From assembly GCA_003450815.1 (NCBI GenBank), contig DMES01000078.1, positions 175 to 64,174 on the forward strand: 64,000 bases of DNA, read 5' to 3'. The stretch comes from Elusimicrobiota bacterium. Lineage in GTDB: Bacteria; Elusimicrobiota; Elusimicrobia; Elusimicrobiales; UBA9959. The notes below the pieces were generated by a model. That model saw only the letters and a program-made list of their open reading frames with translations, had not been told where the DNA came from and did not search any database. The position numbers were made by a program, and so were the translations under genes. The stretch's first letter is position 1. Each line of letters begins with the position of its first letter. Positions 59,978-64,000 of this stretch are shown piece after piece.

Positions 59978-60585
59978 CCACAGTCTGCCTTCAACGCGAG
60001 GCTATTGAACGCTGCGGAAGCTGCGGCGCGCCTGCCATACAGGGGGCGGGGTTCTGTTATTCGTGTCTTGCAACAAACTGGAAGCCGGCGACATATAGCG
60101 AGAGGCAGCAAAAACTTACTGAGGAATATATGAACATAAAATACCTTATAGTGGATGGAAGCAATGCGGCCAGGGAAATTTTTGGGTTTGGCCGGGATAT
60201 CTGGGGGAATGAGCGCCGCGTTCTGGATAACCAGCACTCAAAAAGCCTGCTTTCCGTGCTTGCCGCGTTTCCCAAGAGGCTCGGTATACCTGAAATTAAG
60301 GTGTATTTTGACGGAACCGTGCGGCCGCATGAAATATGCCCGCGAAACCTGCCCATGAGCGTACGCCTGGAATTCGGTGCCGGAACTGCCGCGGATGAAC
60401 TTATAGTACGCGAGGCCGGCGCTCTGGTCAATAGCGCCGGAGGGATAGCCGTTGTAACTAATGATCGCGATCTGGGAAACCGGGTTAAAGGGTTGGGGGT
60501 ATTCAAGGTTCTTCCGGTGTGGTCACTGAAAGCAATGGCCCAGGATGCCGGTCTGAATACGGATTTGTATTTCCACTCGGCCTAA
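59863..60585 (+). CDS. NYN/PIN-like (YacP/Rae1-like) ribonuclease domain protein with duplicated N-terminal segment
   Basis: The second copy MNIKYLIVDGSNAAREIF...ADELIVREAG...IAVVTNDRDLGNRV fits the NYN YacP pattern. An internal ATG at 60130 has its own RBS and would give a 151-aa canonical protein. The upstream 89 aa are a degenerate copy plus a Cys-rich linker (CGSCGAP...CYSC). Confidence 0.65.
   Translation: MNTKHLTVDTSNAAWEIFGFDREMRGSEHRVTDSQRSKTTVCLQREAIERCGSCGAPAIQGAGFCYSCLATNWKPATYSERQQKLTEEYMNIKYLIVDGSNAAREIFGFGRDIWGNERRVLDNQHSKSLLSVLAAFPKRLGIPEIKVYFDGTVRPHEICPRNLPMSVRLEFGAGTAADELIVREAGALVNSAGGIAVVTNDRDLGNRVKGLGVFKVLPVWSLKAMAQDAGLNTDLYFHSA
60073..60245 (+). repeat. copy 2 of the tandem duplication
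   Basis: See 59806-59977. Confidence 0.85.
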
Positions 60586-60652
60586 TGTGCGGGTTCTGTG
60601 CCAACGGAAGCGGAGTAAAACGACCTTCAGTCAAAACTTAGTAAGAGGACTT

Positions 60653-62284
60653 ATGATAAAAATAAAAAACAATAATGATTATCTCGCAAACCTTACCCGC
60701 ATTCTTTGCAACCCTGATTTCCACCGGGCTCTTCCCGATAAGTCTCCGGCGCCATTGCTTAAGGCGCCGACAAGGCTTAGGTCTGTTGCTTCGGCTGTTG
60801 ACTCTAAAGCCGTCTGCGCCAAAACTCTTGCGGAATTGCGCGAGCTTTTTGCCGCCGGTCAAAAGGGAGTTAAGCGCGGGCTTAAAATACCTTTTACCAA
60901 AATTTGCGTGCAGAAACGGTTTGATGAAATAGAGTCCGCGGCCTTCGCGCTCTTTGCGGTGGCTGAAATTTCCGGTCGGGATCAGTTTGAAATCTTCCGC
61001 GGGGCGGAAAACATCTTTAAATCCCTGGCTGGCCTGTTCGGCATGGAAAAGGTAAGGCTGGCCCCTTATTTTCTGTCTTCCGGCAAACTCAGGAAATCCG
61101 GCGTGTTTTCGTGTGGACATTACATGCAGGACGACGCCTTCCGTCTGCCGTCTAACTTAAGGGAGAAAATTATTGAAAAACTGCTTACCGGAGATAAGAA
61201 ATCCCTCAAGAAGAAAAATAAGGTTGTGAAAATACTCCGGCCCGGCAGCATTTCAGAGAGGCTCGGTTTAAACGTAATAGCGCAGGAGGCCGCCAAAAGA
61301 CAGCTCTCAACCGTGGCTTTTCAGCATTTGCAGCGCGCTAAAACACCGGTTAAATCAGGGTTGGCCGCGCCGCGCCTGAATACGCTGCTTATCGGGCCTA
61401 CCGGCTGTGGAAAAACTTATATAACCAAATGCCTGGCGGAAATACTGGGTGTGCCCGTTGCCTTTTGCGACGCCACACAGTACACTGAAACCGGCTATGC
61501 GGGCGCCTGTGTGGAAGATATGCTGGTGCAGCTTCAAACGTCCGCCGGAGACAACCCCAAAGCCGCGGAATACGGGATAATTTTTATAGATGAAATAGAC
61601 AAGATACGCGCGGAAAGTGTGGGTCAGTCACATAACAGTAACCGTGATGTAAGCGGTCTTAGCGTACAGCAGGACCTGCTTAAAATACTTGAAGGCGACA
61701 AGCTTAACTATGAGAAGTATCGTACAAGGTGTCTCAGCGAGTATAGCTTTAACGTAAAGAATGTGTTGTTTATCGCCGCGGGCGCATTCCAGGGTTTGGT
61801 TGATATCGTAAACGATCGGATTAAAACCAAAAGACAGATAGGATTTAATGACCAGGCGACCTTAACAAACGGTCAACCTGAGCAGGTTAATCTTCTGCAA
61901 CAGGTACGTCCGCAGGACATTATAAAGTACGGTTTTATGCCGGAGCTTATAGGGCGTTTCCCTAATGTAATTGCGCTTGACCGGCTTACCAGGGAAGATT
62001 TTCTGGGTATACTGGATAATCCCCGCACAAGCCTTGTGGAGTATTACCGCGATTTTTTCAATAAACATGGTGTGGAGCTGGAAATCCCGCCTGAGTTTTA
62101 TGGGGAAATTTCCGCCAATGCCATTGACCGCGACTTGGGCGCCAGGGGCCTTAACGCTGCCGTGGAAGGGTTTTTCTCAGGCCTGGTTTTTGACCTTCTG
62201 AAGTTCAAGAAAGCCGGTGAAAGACAAAAAGTCAACATAATGGACTATACTCGCGGCGGGCATCTTAAGGAACTGTTCGGGTAA
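60653..62284 (+). CDS. ClpX-like AAA+ ATPase with a novel ~240-aa N-terminal domain (no ClpX zinc-binding domain)
   Basis: Walker A GPTGCGKTY. Pore-loop-like ETGYAGACVED (ClpX has GYVGEDVE). Walker B IIFIDEIDKI. LLKILEG, FIAAGAF, an IGF tripeptide (RQIGFND), FMPELIGRFP and GARGL. I preferred the ATG at 60653 (AAGAGGA RBS) to the GTG at 60587. Confidence 0.8.
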   Translation: MIKIKNNNDYLANLTRILCNPDFHRALPDKSPAPLLKAPTRLRSVASAVDSKAVCAKTLAELRELFAAGQKGVKRGLKIPFTKICVQKRFDEIESAAFALFAVAEISGRDQFEIFRGAENIFKSLAGLFGMEKVRLAPYFLSSGKLRKSGVFSCGHYMQDDAFRLPSNLREKIIEKLLTGDKKSLKKKNKVVKILRPGSISERLGLNVIAQEAAKRQLSTVAFQHLQRAKTPVKSGLAAPRLNTLLIGPTGCGKTYITKCLAEILGVPVAFCDATQYTETGYAGACVEDMLVQLQTSAGDNPKAAEYGIIFIDEIDKIRAESVGQSHNSNRDVSGLSVQQDLLKILEGDKLNYEKYRTRCLSEYSFNVKNVLFIAAGAFQGLVDIVNDRIKTKRQIGFNDQATLTNGQPEQVNLLQQVRPQDIIKYGFMPELIGRFPNVIALDRLTREDFLGILDNPRTSLVEYYRDFFNKHGVELEIPPEFYGEISANAIDRDLGARGLNAAVEGFFSGLVFDLLKFKKAGERQKVNIMDYTRGGHLKELFG

Positions 62285-62379
62285 GAGCATCGGGGGCTTA
62301 TGAATGGCAGGAAAGGCAGGTAACATTTCGGCAGCTGTAGTCTTATAGTAGAGGCTGGTTAAAACATAGGAGGTTATAT

Positions 62380-62601
62380 ATGGCTGGACATAGAGCTTGG
62401 AACAGGTTTAATAACAGCGGGGTTGCCTGGAATCACTGCGGGTATGGGTTTAGGAAAGATGATAGTGAGGATAGGGAGGCATCTAAATGGGATAGAGAGC
62501 TTGCCGCCCGGACTTTGCTTAAGATAGAGGCTAGAAAGGCGGCGGTGAAATTTACCAGGGATGTTCCCATAAACACAATAGGGATATATTGGGCCAGGTA
62601 G
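62380..62601 (+). CDS. hypothetical small protein
   Basis: 73 aa. Strong RBS TAGGAGGT. Preceded by a copy of the island leader element. Confidence 0.5.
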   Translation: MAGHRAWNRFNNSGVAWNHCGYGFRKDDSEDREASKWDRELAARTLLKIEARKAAVKFTRDVPINTIGIYWAR

Positions 62602-62732
62602 TTGTAAGAACGGGAAAATTAGTTATTCTACGCTTGACCGTTCTGAGTATGGCCAAAGTCCCTGCAACAAAATGGAAGCTGTCGGGCATATGTAGGTGAG
62701 AGGCGGTAAGGTTGTGAAAATAAGGAGGCAAT

Positions 62733-62993
62733 ATGGATATTGAAGATATACTGGGCATGCCTAAACATAAGAGGTATATAAAGAATACTCGCACATCGCA
62801 TGATAGGAATGTCCGCATAGAGATCAACGGTGATGTTACAAAGGCTGAGCAGAACTTCCTTAACGGGATGTCATTTTTTATAGCAGGCACACTGAGCAAA
62901 GACGATGAAAAGTATACCCGCTATGTGTCTGAAGTAATGTCGAAGTTGCTCAAGCACTTTGTTGACAGGATGAAAAAGCCGGAGGGCAAGTAA
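62733..62993 (+). CDS. hypothetical small protein
   Basis: 86 aa. RBS AAGGAGG. Preceded by a copy of the island leader element. Confidence 0.5.
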   Translation: MDIEDILGMPKHKRYIKNTRTSHDRNVRIEINGDVTKAEQNFLNGMSFFIAGTLSKDDEKYTRYVSEVMSKLLKHFVDRMKKPEGK

Positions 62994-62996
62994 GAT

Positions 62997-63374
62997 ATGA
63001 ATGACAATATTTTTGAAGATTATTACAAGGATGCTTGCTCACCGGAAAGGAACATGGAGCCGCCCAGGGGTGAGGATAGCGTAATAACAGAGGATGCAAA
63101 GCTTATCAAGGATTCCATCAATGACTTTGTGGGCAAGATGAATAAGCTTGTAGGCACTGTGTTTGATAAAGAGAAGGCTAAGGGAACACGGGACGATTTG
63201 GTGGTAACAGTTGTGGCGGGCGGTCTGGCATTCGCCATGGCTAATGTCTACTACCTTCTCACTCGTGACATTGGAGCCAGGATGAGCAAGGAAGAATTCC
63301 AGCGGACCTTTTTTAGGATGTGCGAGAGCGCTTTTAAGAATATGGAAAAGCGTAAAGACAGCCATAATACTTAA
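62997..63374 (+). CDS. hypothetical protein with one central TM-like segment
   Basis: 125 aa. Starts 3 nt after the previous stop. Hydrophobic stretch VVTVVAGGLAFAMANVYYLL. Confidence 0.45.
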   Translation: MNDNIFEDYYKDACSPERNMEPPRGEDSVITEDAKLIKDSINDFVGKMNKLVGTVFDKEKAKGTRDDLVVTVVAGGLAFAMANVYYLLTRDIGARMSKEEFQRTFFRMCESAFKNMEKRKDSHNT

Positions 63375-63433
63375 GGTAGCTGTTCCCGCGCCAAACAATC
63401 GGAGAGAAAACAGAACCAGAGTAGGGAGGAAAT

Positions 63434-63796
63434 ATGTTTTTCCCAATATTACTTGGTGTCATACTAGCGTACTTCTTCTTCAAGGCGCTATTCGTATTTC
63501 CGTTGTGGCTTAACAGGAATCTCTTTAGCAAGATATGGCACGAAGAGAAGCCAGTGGTTGACAAGGAAACTATAAAGCGCATCAAAGAACTCTGTGTTGA
63601 TGACGAGGTGTCCGAGGAGACCGCCGTGCTTATGACCGCCCGGGAGACTGGCGAGAGCGAACAGAATATTTATGCGGCCTTTGATGTAAGCGATGCCAGG
63701 GAACTTGTGTCGCTTTTGGCGGGTAAGAAGCCCGGGCTGTTTCAGATAATTAACAAGGCGATAAGCAAGTTGCCCAAGAAAGGGATGGGGGGATAA
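63434..63796 (+). CDS. hypothetical protein with N-terminal TM helix
   Basis: 120 aa. RBS GGGAGGA. N-terminus MFFPILLGVILAYFFFKALFVFPLW. Confidence 0.45.
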   Translation: MFFPILLGVILAYFFFKALFVFPLWLNRNLFSKIWHEEKPVVDKETIKRIKELCVDDEVSEETAVLMTARETGESEQNIYAAFDVSDARELVSLLAGKKPGLFQIINKAISKLPKKGMGG

Positions 63797-63797
63797 T

Positions 63798-64000
63798 ATG
63801 AAATACAACCAAGTGCTTGAATGCCGGGAAGATTCCCGTGAGTTCCACTATCTTTTAATGCGGTTCGCCCGAACGGGATTCTATCTTCTAATGGCGGTGG
63901 GGATGATTATCTTTTGTATTGGAGCCGTGTATTTCTTGTGGGGATCCTTGGCGCTTGCATACGATGTTTTTGCGGGGCAGCAATATTCTGAATGGCCCGA
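63798..64000 (+). CDS. hypothetical membrane protein, 3'-truncated by window end
   Basis: The ATG lies 1 nt after the previous stop. Hand-translated MKYNQVLECREDSREFHYLLMRFARTGFYLLMAVGMIIFCIGAVYFLWGSLALAYDVF..., open to the window end. Confidence 0.4.
   Translation, partial: MKYNQVLECREDSREFHYLLMRFARTGFYLLMAVGMIIFCIGAVYFLWGSLALAYDVFAGQQYSEWP

Overview
This is a 64-kb chromosomal segment from a diderm bacterium. I cannot assign a lineage from the sequence alone. Most genes are tightly packed, often with ATGA-type start/stop overlaps. No rRNA genes, CRISPR arrays or intact transposases were seen.

Core content, in order:
- a sigma-54 (NtrC/PilR-like) response regulator
- a CPBP protease and a UbiE-type methyltransferase
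- the type IV pilus operon pilMNOPQ, followed by two Wzy_C/TPR O-antigen-ligase-like paralogs and a PLD-type cardiolipin synthase
- gatC-gatA-NUDIX-gatB
- uvrD/pcrA
- thiC-thiM-thiE-thiD behind a TPP riboswitch
- a thioredoxin/TIGR03435 fusion plus a DsbD-like protein
- ychF
- tRNA-Glu(CTC) and tRNA-Thr(TGT), next to a truncated tyrosine integrase
- a cNMP-binding protein, a COG2509-type FAD oxidoreductase, an ABC-F ATPase and a DJ-1/PfpI protein
- a 926-aa secreted protein
- an FkbM methyltransferase cassette
- mtgA
- the complete shikimate pathway in two minus-strand blocks (aroA-aroQ-aroB, and chorismate mutase-DAHP synthase-aroE-aroC-aroK)
- prfB, which lacks the usual programmed frameshift

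The two aro blocks are separated by about 4.5 kb of accessory or decayed genes: a DUF360 protein, a 738-aa Gly/Pro-repeat SH3b protein, brnA with an internally deleted brnT, and a GNAT gene with an in-frame TAG.

The last roughly 11.5 kb (about 52.5 kb to the window end) looks like a horizontally acquired, all-plus-strand island with no integrase in view. It is visibly AT-richer from about 54.6 to 59.6 kb. It holds:
- a DUF4062/COG2865-like protein
- a wHTH-TM protein and a DUF4160-like protein
- a translationally coupled sigma-like / anti-sigma-like / NACHT-type STAND-HEAT operon
- a NYN nuclease whose 5' end is tandemly duplicated
- a ClpX-like AAA+ protein with a novel N-domain
- a run of small ORFs

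Several of these genes are preceded by a repeated leader element of about 50-60 bp. This island is my best candidate for an undescribed (defence-like or mobile-element regulatory) system.

I also report recurrent non-coding structures in the core region: short-period (7-8 bp) repeat hairpin elements, and a conserved hairpin-plus-palindrome intergenic module.

All family assignments rest on motif recognition by eye. No database searches were run.
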